Positions 1 through 34,426 of a DNA stretch of 64,000 bases are shown one piece after another. The notes under the pieces were generated by a model. It saw only the letters and a program-made list of their open reading frames with translations. It made no database searches and was not told the DNA's origin. Position numbers and translations under genes: made by a program. Where the stretch lies: assembly GCA_965113315.1 (NCBI GenBank), contig OZ220368.1. One strand, written 5' to 3'. Source of the DNA: Podarcis vaucheri. Taxonomy: Eukaryota. Position 1 is the first letter of the stretch. Each line of letters opens with the position of its first letter.

Positions 1-469
1 AACCAGTAGGCACTGTGGCAGAATCTGCTGTTCCTGGATCCCACCAAGATTCTGCCACCTGAGGCAACTGCTTCAGACTGCCTAATGGTAACGCTGGCCC
101 TGTTTAGTAGTTCCCAGATAAAACCCTTTATTATACCTAATTTTTAAAGCACTCACTCTCTCTCTCTGAGTGTGTATTACACACATACACATCCTGGGCT
201 GTTCACGTAAATTCTAACAACAACAACAAACAAAAAAACCTCAATACAAGGGGTCCAAACAAAAATGAACAAAACACAGCAGCAAGAAAATGCCTCAGTT
301 TTAAAACCCAGAAGAGTCAAATATATTTGCCTAACAACGTTGGCATCCAGGCAGCCTTCTCTGGGGAGGGAATTCCCCAGATGGGGCTGTACCACTGAGA
401 CGCCTTTCTCTCTGGTCACCACCCATCTTACCTCAGATGGCAGGGGATAAAGGAGAACTTCCAAAGGCA

Positions 470-985
470 GATTGGTATGGAATTGGCAGAAATGACTGGC
501 AGAATCCGACACCAGGGAGAAGAGTTGGTGAAAGAAGACTGGAAGAAATTTAAAGACTATTTGCAGAAACACTGTAAAATTAATGAATGTTAAAGGGATG
601 TTGGACTGAAAATAAGCGGTATTGGTAAAAAGATTAGTAGGAATATGTACCGTAAATACGGATTGATAATGGTTGGAAATACATGGTTATAAATAGGTTA
701 AGATATTAAGTAAATGATAGAGGGTAAGGATTTGCTGAATTAAATATTTGAACTGGAATACAAAAAGGGGGGGTGTGAGGAGGTCAGGAAACAAGTAAAT
801 GAAATATAAGATAAGAAAATATTGATTCTTTTTTTGTTTTTTAACTTTCTTTTTACTTTTTATGTATTTTGTTCTTGTACTTTTGTATCTCTTTTTCTTT
901 TAGTATTGTTATTCTGTTCCATTTTTTATTCTTAATTCTGTAACTTTTTATTGTTTGTAAAACTCTAATAAATATTAAAAAAAAA
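470..985 (+). mobile_element. L1-like LINE 3' end
   Basis: Purine-rich ORF2 C-terminal remnant, T-rich 3' UTR, AATAAA then poly(A). Confidence 0.5.
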
Positions 986-1819
986 CCAAAACAAAGGCAC
1001 ATTGGTATGGGAGTAGGTCAGTCTTGTAAATAAGGCCGCCAAAATGACTAGCCTATAACTTCTTTTTAACAATCCCAGTTAGGAGCTGGCAGAGGAAGGA
1101 CATGAGCCACATTTCTGTGCTCAATCTCCTGCACGGAACCTGATTCACTCACCTGCACGCAGTTTTTGGTCGCCTTTGTCTACCAGGCTAGAGCTTAAAT
1201 TCACAGCTGGAGTAGGCATTCTTTCCCTATTTGTAAGTACTGTAAATTGTTGGCTCCAGGTTCTCTCTTTAGTCAAAAGAGAAAAATGCACACAACTATA
1301 ATCGCAACTGGCAAAATCTGCAATGCTGGCAGCAGTCAGTGACAACAGCTGCAAAGCCAATGATATTTGCTTCTAAATCATGTTCTCTCTTTCCTTTCAT
1401 TTGCAGCCCTGTTTTCTGTGGGGAAAGGGACTGTTCCGTCCTAGATTCCAGTTCATTCAAGCAACGGGCTACTCTTTTTTCTACCTTGGCTCAATTAAAG
1501 CACCTTATTGCAGCATTTATTTGGGAAGCAAACCATGCAGTTTTATTTACAGCACAATTAAACACCGGTACAATTACCAAAGTGGGGGAAGAAAGCTTAT
1601 CATTGATACTAAATTATTCCTAATAGACTTTGTTAGTCAGTAAATTGTTGTTAAGTGGGTATAACACTTCATTCCAATTGCCACGATATGCAGATGTTCT
1701 CCATCTTTAATGCCTGGACTGCACCAATAAAACAACCTGGGATAGGGGGGAGGGCAGGGAGCAACCAAATGAGTGATTCCCCCAAGTGTTTCAAAGTTGA
1801 GCAGAACTACATTTAGTCC

Positions 1820-2170
1820 GAGGGACGCAGGTGGCACTGTAGGTTAAACCACAGAGCCTAGGACTTGCCGATCAGGTCGGTGGTTCGAATACCCGCGACG
1901 GGGTGAGCTCCCGTTGCTCGGTCCCTGCTCCTGCCAACCTAGCAGTTCAAAAGCACGTCAAAATGCAAGTAGATAAATAGGTACCGGTCTGGCAGGAAGG
2001 TAAATGGTGTTTCCGTGCCCTGCTCTGGTTCGCCAGAAGAGGCTTAGTCATGCTGGCCACATGACCCGGAAGCTTGTACGCCGGCTCCCTTGGCCAATAA
2101 AGCAAGATGAGTGCCGCAACCCCAGAGTCAGCCACAACTGGACGTAATGGTCAGGGGTCCCTTTACCTTT
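1820..2170 (+). mobile_element. Sauria SINE
   Basis: tRNA-derived head GGGACGC.GGTGGC...GGTTCGAAT; AGTAGATAAATAGGTACC core; (ACCTTT) tail; imperfect TSD ACATTTAGTCC/ACACTTAGTCC. Confidence 0.85.
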
Positions 2171-5100
2171 ACACTTAGTCCCTGATATGTTTGTACCCTG
2201 TTTCACTCCCATCCAGCCATCCTACTCTTTATTTCCTTATGTTTGTGCTCTCCTGTTCCTCCATTCTTTCTTTAGGTTAGGCACTTATGTTATACAGGTG
2301 GCATGTATGCCTATTACACCAGAAATTAAATAGGCATAGTAATCAAAGATTATGCCAATGGGAGGTTGTCTCATTCTGTCTCATCTTCATCTTTGGATGG
2401 ACTATCCTATGCCTGTTTCCCATGATGCCTCAGTAATTTTCGGAATAGAGAATCCACATAGGAACCACGATGTATCACACTAGCACGTCTCAGTAGTAGT
2501 TGTAAGGCTAAGGTGGCGTGGGAACCATTTATGCCATCTTGCTTTCCTGTTGCTCAGCAACATGCAGAACTCTCTGGAGTGGGTTGTCAGTGGGGTAGGA
2601 GAGCCAGCAGGACTAGGACTGTCTGCGCTCACATTGCACTCAACTCTCGGCCTCTAACCCTGTCCTGGAAGGCCCTCCTTCTCCTGACCCTTCTTGATTA
2701 CTCAACCCCCTTTGTATCTAGCACCTCCCTTCTCCAGGCTGCTCCTCGGTGTCTCACCACCAGGATCTGGGACCTAAGTCACCATCGTTGGATCCCTCTC
2801 TTGGGGGCTCCTGGGCAGAGGGCTCCCACCACTCTTCCTTATCCAGCCAATTCCTGACATCAATGCAAGAAGGCCTTGGGGCAATGGAACAACACTGCAG
2901 GTTACAACCATTAATTCTGGTTCTATGAATGCAGTTATTGTAAATTCCTTCTAAACTCCTTAGAAATACAAATCTGAGTTGGATGTTCCAAATTTGCATT
3001 GATTCCTGTTTTAGGTATAAATCAGTGGAAATTCTGTGAATCCAAGCAAGCTATCTTAACTGGGGCAGAAATTTGGGTAAGACTCTTCCCACCCCATCTC
3101 CATTCTCTGAGCAAGACTCTCCCCATTTAGTTGACAACTCAGTGAAAAGGAGCTAACTTGAAAGGGGGACATTTTGGTACAATGCTGCCATGACATCACT
3201 ATTCCTTTTACCAACACTTAAGGTTTCCTTCGTGGAGCGCTTCAATCTCTAAAACATTCTACAAGCCCAGCGTATAGTTATCATTGCCAGTAATGGATGT
3301 ATACAGTACTCACCATCTGGGTGGTATAAATCAAGGCATTCTCTCACACCTACACTCGAAATTAATTATCATATCATTGATCTTCCTTCTGTTCCGGACC
3401 AGTTCTCCCAAATGCCTCCATATGTTATATGGCACAAAACAAACCAAGCTTGAACAACATCTTAATATCTCCAGGATACTGATTAATCTGGGTTATGGCA
3501 TCTATAAAATTTGCTCCCACCAACGCAACCACTACAATTGCACACATTTTTCACGTGAAGTTCTTTATTTAAGGACCACTACCTTCTCACATTTCAAATC
3601 CTGCTTTCTCCATACTAAGCTTATTCCCAGTCCCATCTGCTCCTTATCTTGTCTCTTTTTAAAAAATTTAAAAAATTATTTTATCCACTCGCATATGTTG
3701 CACCAAGGTGGGGAAAATAACAGGAGAAAATAAAACGAACCAAAAACGACGACGCTGTTAGGATTCTTACTGCAGGATGCAAGAATGAAGCTTTCAAGAC
3801 ACAGGGTGTCTTTGCAGGGCTGACCCCAAGGCAAGGTGAAGTGACTGCCTCAGGTGGCAGAATCTACAAGGGCAGCAGATTCGGCTTTCAAGGAGTGCAC
3901 TGCAGTAGCAGGCAATACATTCCTTGGAGGCTGGATTTGCTGCCTCCTCAGTAGCCCCCTACCCCATGTTTTTGTCCCCTCAAAGAATTCTGAGCACTGT
4001 AGTTCACACACCCCCCCCCAAGAGTTACAATTCCCAGAAACCCTTAACAGTGCCCAGAATTCTTTGAGTGGACAAGAGCAGTGCTTTTTTTCTTTAAAAA
4101 TGTTTAGGGGTACTGTCATTTTCCTACTCATATTGACAATGAGTCCAGACTCAGATTCACAAAATGTTTAGGGGTATGTGTACCTCTGTGTCCCCCCAGA
4201 AAAAAGCATGCTTCAAATGTGCTTGAGAATTATAGGGTGTACACAGCCAAAGTGGTTCTACAATGCTGGGTCAAAATTGGCACAAACGATCAAGATTTTG
4301 ACTATTATGAGGAGTTGACTAGTATGATGTACATCCACAAAAACATGAAATATAAAAAGAATGAACATCTGTGGCGATGAATCAGTACTGGGCACTTGGC
4401 ACAATGAGGAAAACGTACTCTACACATCCTGTTTTGTTCCAGGAAATGTTCCAGTTACAAAGGTTTATTTTTTAAAAAAATATATTAATGTGATGATTAT
4501 TCAGTTGTATGGTGAAGTCTTTGGTCATTAGTACAGGCACAGAAACATTTATATTAAGATCCAAAGCTAGCATGTCAATTATTAACCTCTAACATTGCTG
4601 GGTAGCCTTCGATTTCTCGAAAGCGTTAGGAAAAAATCTCACTCACATAGTGAAGGCATCAGATGCTGTTGTTGTTTTAAATCAAAACCACAGAATTTCA
4701 GAACCCTGGTGATCATCTAGCCCAACCCACTGCAAAGCAGGAATATGCACCTGGGATCAAACCTGCAACCTTGGCACCATGCTCTAACCAACTGAGCTAC
4801 CCAGGCTCATCATTGTGGTTGCAATCTGTACACTGAGTACTTTGTACCTGTGCTTATTTGTCAGATACTATGTACCTCGTTCCAAAACAAGCTGACTGCT
4901 TCTGTGTGTGTCTCTCTCTCTCACACACACACTTTCCCCCAGAATTCATACTCAAGGACAGATAGAACAAACAGACTGCAGGGTTTTCCCATCTGTCTGT
5001 TTCCTAACGAAATGGTCTTTGAAGGTCTTTTCTTATTTCTTTTCACTTTGAAAGGATGTGAGTGAGAAAGACAGAGAGAAAGAGAGAGGGAGAGAGATCC

Positions 5101-6126
5101 GATTAAAAAACTTAAAAACCAACCACCAGCCTCGCAAACCACTGGTGTGTCTTTCACAGCTGTACGATGCTGGGGGGATGGTGGGGTTGAGAAAAAGTGT
5201 TTCAGGCTCAAACATTGCGTTTGTATTTCACCCCCTTTTGAACCAGCTCGGGCCTTTCTGTCTGAAAAGCATGGAAATAAATGATAGCTTAACAACTTCT
5301 GCGGGCAAAGTTTTTCTAGCACACAAGTACATGAATTCCCATAAATCTCCACTACGAAGTGACAATAAAAATGATGTTATGGAAGGAAAATGTTGCTGTC
5401 GCTGCTGATGGGACCACCAGTCCTTCACTGCAGCTCACCTCACCCACCCCAGATGGTGAGAAAGCACACTTTTGAATAGGACCTGAGCCAGGGCCCAGCT
5501 GACATTGGACTTGGTGCTGAGTTTTGAACCTAAAAAGAGCCTGCTGGATCAGGCCAATAGCCCGTCTAGTCCAGCATCCTGTTCTCGCAGTGGCTGACCA
5601 GATGAATGTGGGAAGCCGGCAAGCAGGACCGGAGAGTAGCAGCATTCTCCCCTACTGTGGTTCCCAGCAACTGATATACAGAAGCAAAATGGCTCCAATC
5701 CCAGCTTGGCTCCCATTCAAAAGTGCTGGAGACAGCAGGGCCAAACAACAGCCAATCAGGAAACAGGTCTGGGTTGAAAGTGGTGGTGGTCTCTGATGGT
5801 GCACAGACTGGTGACAGATTAGATATGTCACATGATGCTGAGGGCAGATTCCATTTTGCAGACCCTCCCACCCATCCATGGACAGTGGGTGGCCAGCCGG
5901 TGGGAACACAGGACAAACCTGGAAGCCAGCATAGGGCCAGTCCATACATTCTGATGCCACTATGAGGGCTTTTCAAAACAGCCTCTGCTTAGCAATCTCA
6001 GCATTCAATGCCTATACTATGCAGTGTGTAGTATGAAAGCACCCACTCTGCACTAGGAGTTGGCCAGCTAGTTGCAGCTAGTCGGTGGGGTGGAAGTCAC
6101 TGCTATGCTGGTATCATCCACATGGC

Positions 6127-6382
6127 GGAGGAGGAGGAGGAGGAGTTTGGACTTGATATCCCGCCTTTCACTCCCTTTAAGGAGTCTCAAAGTGGCTAAC
6201 ATTCTCCTTTCCCTTCCTCCCCCACAACAAACACTCTGTGAGGTGAGTGAGGCTGAGAGACTTCAAAGAAGTGTGACTAGCCCAAGGTCACCCAGCAGCT
6301 GCATGTGGAGGAGCGGAGACGCAAACCCAGTTCACCAGATTACGAGTCCACCATTCTTAACCACTACACCACACTGACTCTC
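6127..6382 (-). mobile_element. tRNA-derived SINE (Squam3-like)
   Basis: GAGAG.CAGTGTGGTGTAGTGGTTAAGA head with (CCT)n tail; homologous to 9336-9586 and 36542-36814. Confidence 0.8.
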
Positions 6383-6533
6383 TTGGCGACTGCTCTATGC
6401 ATTCTTGCTCTCCTTTAAAGAATGGCTACATGTGGGCTGTTTTAGATAGATGGGGGCTCTGTGTGTGTGTGTTGGTGGCAAGCATTGTTTTATCAGGGAA
6501 ACAAATGGCAGATCCATGTGAGCATTGCAACTT

Positions 6534-6539
6534 TTTATT
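6534..6539 (-). terminator. Poly(A) signal of amylase A
   Basis: AATAAA on the minus strand, about 87 nt after the stop codon. Confidence 0.75.
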
Positions 6540-6625
6540 CTTTTGAGGGATTCCAAAATTACTCCATCTCGCTCAGAAGTGCTTTAGGAAAGCAAAACCG
6601 AGGTGAGGACATTCCTCTCCCCGAG

Positions 6626-15356
<8,731 letters not shown>

Positions 15357-15357
15357 C

Positions 15358-15480
15358 TATTTATATTCTTGCTGCAGATCAAAGTACACTTCAGTCGTGA
15401 TGCATTCAACACAATTGGCTATATTTAATCAAAGGTCATTCCATTTGGTGGTTTAAACAAAAGTAACAGGTGAAGATAAC
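15358..15480 (-). promoter_or_regulatory. Amylase A proximal promoter (TATA box plus endoderm/acinar-type motifs)
   Basis: TATAAATA at 15358-15365 (47-54 nt upstream of ATG); CCAAT ~15414-15418; nuclear-receptor half-site TCAAAGGTCA ~15429-15438; FOXA-like TGTTTAAAC ~15451-15459; E-box CACCTG 15467-15472; GATA AGATAA 15474-15479. Confidence 0.65.
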
Positions 15481-15907
15481 AGACCAAATTCTCTGGCTAA
15501 TAACTTCAAATCCACTGGATAAGGCTCCGTGTGATTATTCATGTCTGTGTTCGCAGCTAAATAGATTAGATAGTCCTGGGAACAGACATTCAGAGGCTGA
15601 ATCCATGAACTTGTATGCACCGTGAAGAGTTTGCATGGACACACTCTCCTATTCCTTTCAACAGAAGGAGCCGTTCCACGCTTGCAAAGTGAAAATTATT
15701 ATGTGCATGGAGTATATTTTAATGGGAACCTATTAATTGGAATCAGTGTCATTGCAAATACTGTGAATTGTAGTAGGTGGTGCAAGTGACTCCTGGTGTC
15801 CTCATGTTTTTTCACAACACACACAGGTTTCAACACAATGCCAATCATACCTTTTTGTAGGTTACACCATTCAGAGCTTATTACTTGTTGTCCATCATGG
15901 TGAATTT

Positions 15908-15909
15908 TT

Positions 15910-15957
<48 letters not shown>

Positions 15958-15959
15958 TT
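15908..15959. repeat. (TTTC)n microsatellite
   Basis: Direct reading. Confidence 0.95.
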
Positions 15960-16291
15960 ACACTTGCCCTACTTTCTCAAAGGTGCAAGATGTTGCAGAG
16001 CCACAACGCTTACCCAAATTTGGTTTACTTTAGTAGGAGGTGACCATAGGCTTAAGGATGCTCATATTTATTTAATAACACAATAATGGACCTTTTTTTC
16101 TGTGGTGGCTCCCTGCTTGTGGAATGCTCTCTCCAGGGAGGCCTCCCTGGCACCTTCATTAAATCATCATCATCAACAACAACATCATCAACATCAACAT
16201 TATGTTGTACCCTGCCCATATGCAGCTACTTTGGCACCCGGCAAAAACATTCCTCTTTTCCCAGACCCTTGGCTAATTAAACCATCTATGC

Positions 16292-16517
16292 CATAGGCAA
16301 ACTAAGGCCCAGGGGCCCAGTCGCCTTCTAAATCCGGCCCGCGGACAGTTTTTACATGAGTAGAATGTGTCCTTTTATTGAAAATGCATCTCTGGGTTAT
16401 TTGTGGGACATAGGAATTTGTTCATTTTTTCTTCTTCCAAAATATAGTCTGCCCCGCCCCCACAAGGTCTGAGGGACAGTGGACCGGCCCCCTGCTGAAA
16501 AAGTTTGCTGACCCCTG
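16292..16517. mobile_element. hAT (Charlie-like) MITE
   Basis: 8-bp TSD ATCTATGC; ends CATAGGCAAAC / GTTTGCTGACCCCTG. Confidence 0.8.
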
Positions 16518-18111
16518 ATCTATGCCATTCTATACTGCGGTGTGGTATTGTTTTTGTTTGTTATTATGGTATGTATTTTTGTGGTTTTATATTGTAACCT
16601 ACCCTATGATCTTTGGACAAAGCGCAGTATAGAAATATAATTATTATTTTTAAGTCATTAATAATTGGGGTGGCATGCCCCACTAGCATATGCATTCAGT
16701 GATACAGCAACCAAAAGTTATAGGCATTGCAACCTCACTTCCACATATAATCAATTGCTCCCTATAGTCAAGACCTAACACTTCTGTACCTAAGCAAATT
16801 GTATGTCAACTGTATTAATCAAGATGTGTCACAATTACCCATAAGAGAAGTGCCCCAGTCTGCCCTGGGTTCCAGGGATTGTACTGGTGTTAAACATTCA
16901 AATTAGGAGTCTGCAGAAACAGAGGCTCTTTTATATACTCTGTGGAATATAACAGGAGTTTTCTAAGTACATTGTATGAGAAGCATAACCTACAATTACA
17001 AAGGGTGGTACATGACTAAGGCTGCTTACACACAATACCTTTAAAACTCATTTCCCCTCTCAAAGAATTCTGGGCTCTTTTATTTGTTAAGGGTGAAGAG
17101 AATTGTCACTCTGCGAGGGGTAAACTACAGTGCCCAGAATTCTTTGATTTGAAAAATGTGCTTCGGATATTTTGCTCAAACTAGACCCAGTGAGATTAAC
17201 AAGCATGACTTCACAAGATCCATTAATTTTAGAGGGTTTGCTCTGAGGAAAACCTAGCTGATTACTACCCATAGCCACAAAGTCTAGTACTTTCCTAAAC
17301 AGCAATTCCCAACAAACAAACAAACACACACACATTCCCAAAGAGACAGACATCTCCATATTTACCAGTTTTGCTGAAGAGCCAGAAGATTCTGATAAGT
17401 GAATGATAGGTTTAAAGGTAATTTTTCAGCAACAGATGACTTCAGATTCATATCTCCTTGATTATATTAACCTCTCTGAAAGTTTAGAATACACTTGCAT
17501 TTCAAAGTTACTGTACCCTTAAGAGATTAGAACAAAGATTAAGTGGCTAGTGGCTAAACAGCTTCCTAGTAACATTTTATTTTATGACTTCATTGTTGCC
17601 TGCTGTTCCTTAGGAATACTGAGTTAAGAAAAAAGAAGGAACTTGGTTAAGCTAGTATTGTTAAAATATTAACATGACAAGATAAGCATGTGTTGAATCT
17701 CAGGAGCTTCAAAGCAGTTGTATTGAGAGTCACTGGGAGTGTTTTGTTATAAACCTGAGTGGAAACTCATTAAGAAGAGCTGATATGTATGTCTGTGGTT
17801 CTCAAACTTCCCAGCCCCCTGCAGAGCATTGAAAATCGCTGAAAGTCTTGGTGGACCACTTAATGATTTTTCTGCCTATTTCAGCAATTGCAATGAGCTG
17901 TGCTAAATGCTGTGTGATCTTTAATTATATTTCTAATGCTTCTACATTTTATATGTGTTTTGTACCTCATGTCTTTATTTTATTTCAGTTTTAATTCCGT
18001 AGAATATAGTAGAAACTACAATAATAAATAGAAAATGCAAGATAAGAAATAAAAGAGGCAATCAAAATACAATTAAAAAAACAGTATGGTCATTTAATGC
18101 ACCCACTGTAC

Positions 18112-19060
18112 TCATACTCTCCATGAAATAGAGACGTCCCTTTCAACATTTCTATGAAAACAGGGACATCCTACCATACCCTCCAACATTTTTCTGATGA
18201 AAATAGGGATGTTCTAAGGAAAAGCAGGACATTCCAGGATCAAATCAGAAAGCAGGACAGCTTCTGTAAATCCGGGACTGTCCCTGGAAAATGGGGACAC
18301 TTGGAGGGTCTGTTCTTCACAGACACACCATGGACCACCTGAATGCAGCTCACAGAACACTGGTAGTCCATGGATCTCTGTTTGGGAACCCCTGATATAG
18401 ATGATAAATTCAGGTATTATGTCCTGGAGAACAAGGATAGTGAGAGAAAGGTGTCTTGGTGTTCCAGACAGATCCCATGGAGCAGATGACTTGCTCCAAC
18501 AGATTTCTGACTCCAAACCTATATCCCAAACTGTCTCCTTCCCAGGGAGTGGAGAGACTTAAAGGGACAGCCCTTTGTCTCTGCTAGTTCCAACTGGGTT
18601 TATTGCCTGTGTGGGCAAGGGGAAGCAGGAGACCCCTGGTCAAGAGAGCTCTGGCCTCTGAAGAGGTGGCAAAGGGTCACATTCTCTTCTGGAGGCCACA
18701 TGCGGAACCTCCAGGTGTCCCTATTGTCCAGGGAGAGTCCCGGATTTACAGAAGACATCCTGATTTCTGATTTGATCCCAGAATGTCCCACTTAGGATGT
18801 CCCTATTTTTATTGGAGAAATGTTGGAGTGTGTGGAGTTATGCGGCCCCAGAGCCAAGGAGATAAGTAACTCTACAACCTTTAGAAGACATTTGAAGGCA
18901 GCCCTGTATAGGGAAGTTGTGTAATGTTTAATGATGTTTTTATATATGATGGAAGCCATCCAGAGTGGATGTCAGTCGGATGGGTGGGATATAAATAATA
19001 GAACTGTCGTTATCGTTTAATAGGATGTCTGTTTACATTGGAGAAATATTGGAGGGTATG
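18112..19060. mobile_element. Inverted pair of a non-autonomous repeat (about 18112-18311 and 18705-19060)
   Basis: Shared CCTCCA.GTGTCCC...GTCCCGGATTTACAGAAG...GGAGAAATGTTGGAG sequence in opposite orientations. Confidence 0.65.
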
Positions 19061-19869
19061 CACATGCCAGGGCTGGGCAAGGCCAGCGACAAAAGTGGGT
19101 GGAGCGGTTTATGTCAATTTTACCTCAGTACGGTAGGCACACTCGCATATCCTTCATTCAAGGCAAACGAAAGCAGAGTTCAAGAGCACAGTCCAGCTGG
19201 GGGTGACGGACACTCAAGGAGGGTATGAAATGAGGCCAGGGTAGCCAGTGGGGTAGAAGGTGTGGCTTGAGGACAGCTTCTTGCACCAAATACAGAAGCC
19301 CTGGGCCTGAGGTTCTCCACCTCTTTTCTAGGGGAAAAACCCCTTTTCTAGGGGAATCACAACTGGAGTCTGTAGCTCATGGGGGTTCAGTTCCAGTGCC
19401 CTCACAGCTTTTCTCATTGGCCTATCTGACCTGGCCACCATGGCCCTCTATGTCAATGTCCAGACCACTGCTCATTCTTTGGCTCGAGATGGTGTAGCGG
19501 TTAGAGTGGTAGATTGGTACCTGAGAGACCAAATTTTAAAGACCCACTCGAAGCACAAAGCTCACCAGCTGGCCTTAGGCAAATCATCATCTCTCAGCCC
19601 AACTTACCTCACAGGGCTGTTTTGAGGACAAATACTGCCTTGAGCTCCCTGTTGGAAAGGAAGAATACAATGAATGAATGAAGGTTAAGTGTAAGAAAAA
19701 CGAAAGGGAAAGGAAAGGAGGCTTTATCACTACCATGGAACAGGACCTTTTGCTGAACTGTAATTGTTCCAGGATTGCTGAAGATTTTAAAACGGTCAGG
19801 GAATTCATCAGTATAGAACTAGTTGTGCCACCACCTGTCCCCATTTTTTTTTTCTTTTTAAAAAAGGGC

Positions 19870-20410
19870 ATAGTCTATGAAGAATTAAAGAAAATGCTCA
19901 GACAAACATTTCCCAAAAGACCAGAGGCCTTCTTACTGGGCATAATGACAATAAACATCTCAAGAGAAAACAAAAGAGTATTTTTTTATGCAACAACTGC
20001 GGCTAGAGTGCCAAATACTGGAAAGGAAGAATGGCAAAAGGAAGTGTGTATGTCGAAGTAGCCAAAATGACAGAAGCAATAAGAAATCACTCGAGCTTAA
20101 GGATTAAAAAAGAATGGGTTTGTTTAAAAAACTATTTGTGTAAACAGGGTTCCCCAATCAAAACTTGGATGTGCCTAGAGTATATTTCACAAAATTTGTA
20201 GAGGAGTTATTATATATAAAGAGAAGGTTGATAGGATTTTGACACAGTACAAAAGAAAATTAAATAAAGAGAGAATCTGTTAAGAGGTAGAGGGAAGTCA
20301 AAAATTATTATTTAGAGTATGCATATATATATAGAAGAATAAAGTATAAGATGTAGGTTAATGTAAAGGAAAAGTTGATGTGTACCTGGAATTTTAAATT
20401 GCAATAAAAA
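19870..20410 (+). mobile_element. L1-like LINE 3' end
   Basis: Remnant KKMLRQTFPKRPEAFLLG...YATTAAR; ends AATAAAAAAA. Confidence 0.55.
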
Positions 20411-21619
20411 AAGAGAGAATTTGTTGTGCCACCAACTAGGCAAATCACAGGAGGTGCTGCAAATATGGTCAGAGCTATTGCCAATCCTCGCTCAAAGGCC
20501 GATTCCTTTAATATAATCAGCTTTACAGTTCCTTGAAATAAAACAGCGTCAAAAATTAAGGTGGTCTTACAACACCTGCTTTTGAAAAGTCGATCAATGA
20601 AACCATGAGCAAAAGCAAGGCTGGCTGTTGATACGCACCAAAGGAAAACAAGCTTTCATATTTGCACAGGTGCAAAGATTTGGGTGGCAAAGTAAAAACA
20701 AAAGCTCCCCGCAGCATGTGAACCGTGAGAACTGCTTTCTAAGGTGATTGAGGTCACCAGGAGTTGCCCAGAGCTAGATTTCTCTTCATGAAATTGCAAC
20801 CTGTAACTGTTGCACAAATAAGCCCAAACAATATAATAAGAGTCAGTATGACCCTATCTCCAAACGTTAATCCCAATGGTTCATTTATCACGCTTAGTTG
20901 GGGAAGTTACTAGTTTCCTACATGGTGTAGATCGCTAACTTTGCCTTGGGCAAAGCAATGAAGATTTCAAATGATGAATGATTATCAAGACACCTTAGTC
21001 ATTCTGCTTGGACTCAGGGATCGATTCCCTTGTTTTTGTAGACACTCCTCCAGCAAACAGTTCTATGCAGGAATGGACTGCATTATTACACGACACATGG
21101 GACCTGCAGCAAAGTGTTTCAGCACGAAGCACTGCTGGCCAGAGTTCCAGTGGTTCCATTCCACTTCCACCCACCCCAAAGTCCATCACTGTTCAACGAT
21201 GACTGAGCTCATTTAGTGTTGGTTGACTTGCATTTTTTAAAGAAAAGAAATCTGCAAATCTTTGGGTTTCATTTATACATACATAAATATCTAAATATAA
21301 AGAAAAAGAAGTCTTCTTAGTGCACACAAAATCCGCATGAGATCAAAAGAAAAACAGCAAAGATCTGAGGAGCATAAAACTAGCAGGGGTAGCTTGTTTG
21401 GGAGACAAACAATGGTGGTGATGGAGAAAGGTGTCCCTCCTCATAATTCGTTTGTGAGGTTCCCAGAGGCATGTGGCTGGGTGATGCCAAGAACAAGATG
21501 GCACACTAAGATGGCACACTGCTCTCATCCAGCAGGACTTACCTTCTTTGAAGGACGAATGAGATAGGAATTCTAAAATTAATCAGAAAAGAAACAAATA
21601 AGCTGAGCCACAAGTGACT

Positions 21620-21625
21620 TTTATT
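21620..21625 (-). terminator. Poly(A) signal of amylase B
   Basis: AATAAA on the minus strand about 105 nt after the stop, followed by a U-rich tract. Confidence 0.65.
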
Positions 21626-21729
21626 CATCTAGAGATAATTTATGAGGCTTTGCATTTTACTTTAATTTAGCTTCATAAAGCTTAGAAGAACTAAGACCGA
21701 AAAACAAACAAAAAGAGATTCAGTGTGGA

Positions 21730-33798
<12,069 letters not shown>

Positions 33799-34076
33799 GT
33801 TGTCCTTGATACTCGGTGACATCCTTCTCAACAGCCTTCTGCACTTCTGAAGGGAGAGCAAAGCACAGTTTAACAATTGCACCCTGACACTCCACCTTGT
33901 TAGTAGCATGTAGTTTTAAAGCACAGACAACTGTGGGGGAATCTGTGGCACAGGCTGCTACCAATAATATAAATGTCAGTGGGGTGAAAGAGACAGTGCT
34001 TGTTGGTTTAATGTGGTCAACATGTTGGACAAGTTCAGCAATTTATAGTGAGTCTCTGAATTCAGTCCCAAGCACA

Positions 34077-34426
34077 GACCTTCCAAGTTTCCCTATTTTC
34101 CAATGACAGTTCTGGATTTACAGAAGCCGTCCCGGTTTCTGATTTGATCCCGGAATGTCCTGCTATTGTCACTATTTTCATTGGAGAAATGTCAGAGGGT
34201 ATGGAGTTATGTGACCCTTGAGCTAAGGAGATAAATAACTATGCAACCTTTAGAAGACATCTAAAGGCAGCCCTGTATTGGGAAGTTTTTTTAACGTTTA
34301 ATGTTTTATTATGTTTCTATATATGCTGGGGCAACCCACTCAGATGGGTGAAGTATAAATAATAAAAGTAATATTATTATGGAATAGGACATCACTGTTT
34401 TCAGTGGAGAAATGCTGGAGGGTATG
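34077..34426 (+). mobile_element. Third copy of the same repeat, about 280 bp upstream of the amylase B ATG
   Basis: Homologous to 18705-19060. Confidence 0.65.

Noticed and set aside
3284-3733. 149-aa ORF as a host gene
   Set aside because: No start or splice support; it weakly resembles a decayed L1-type ORF2 C-terminus but is too degraded to call.
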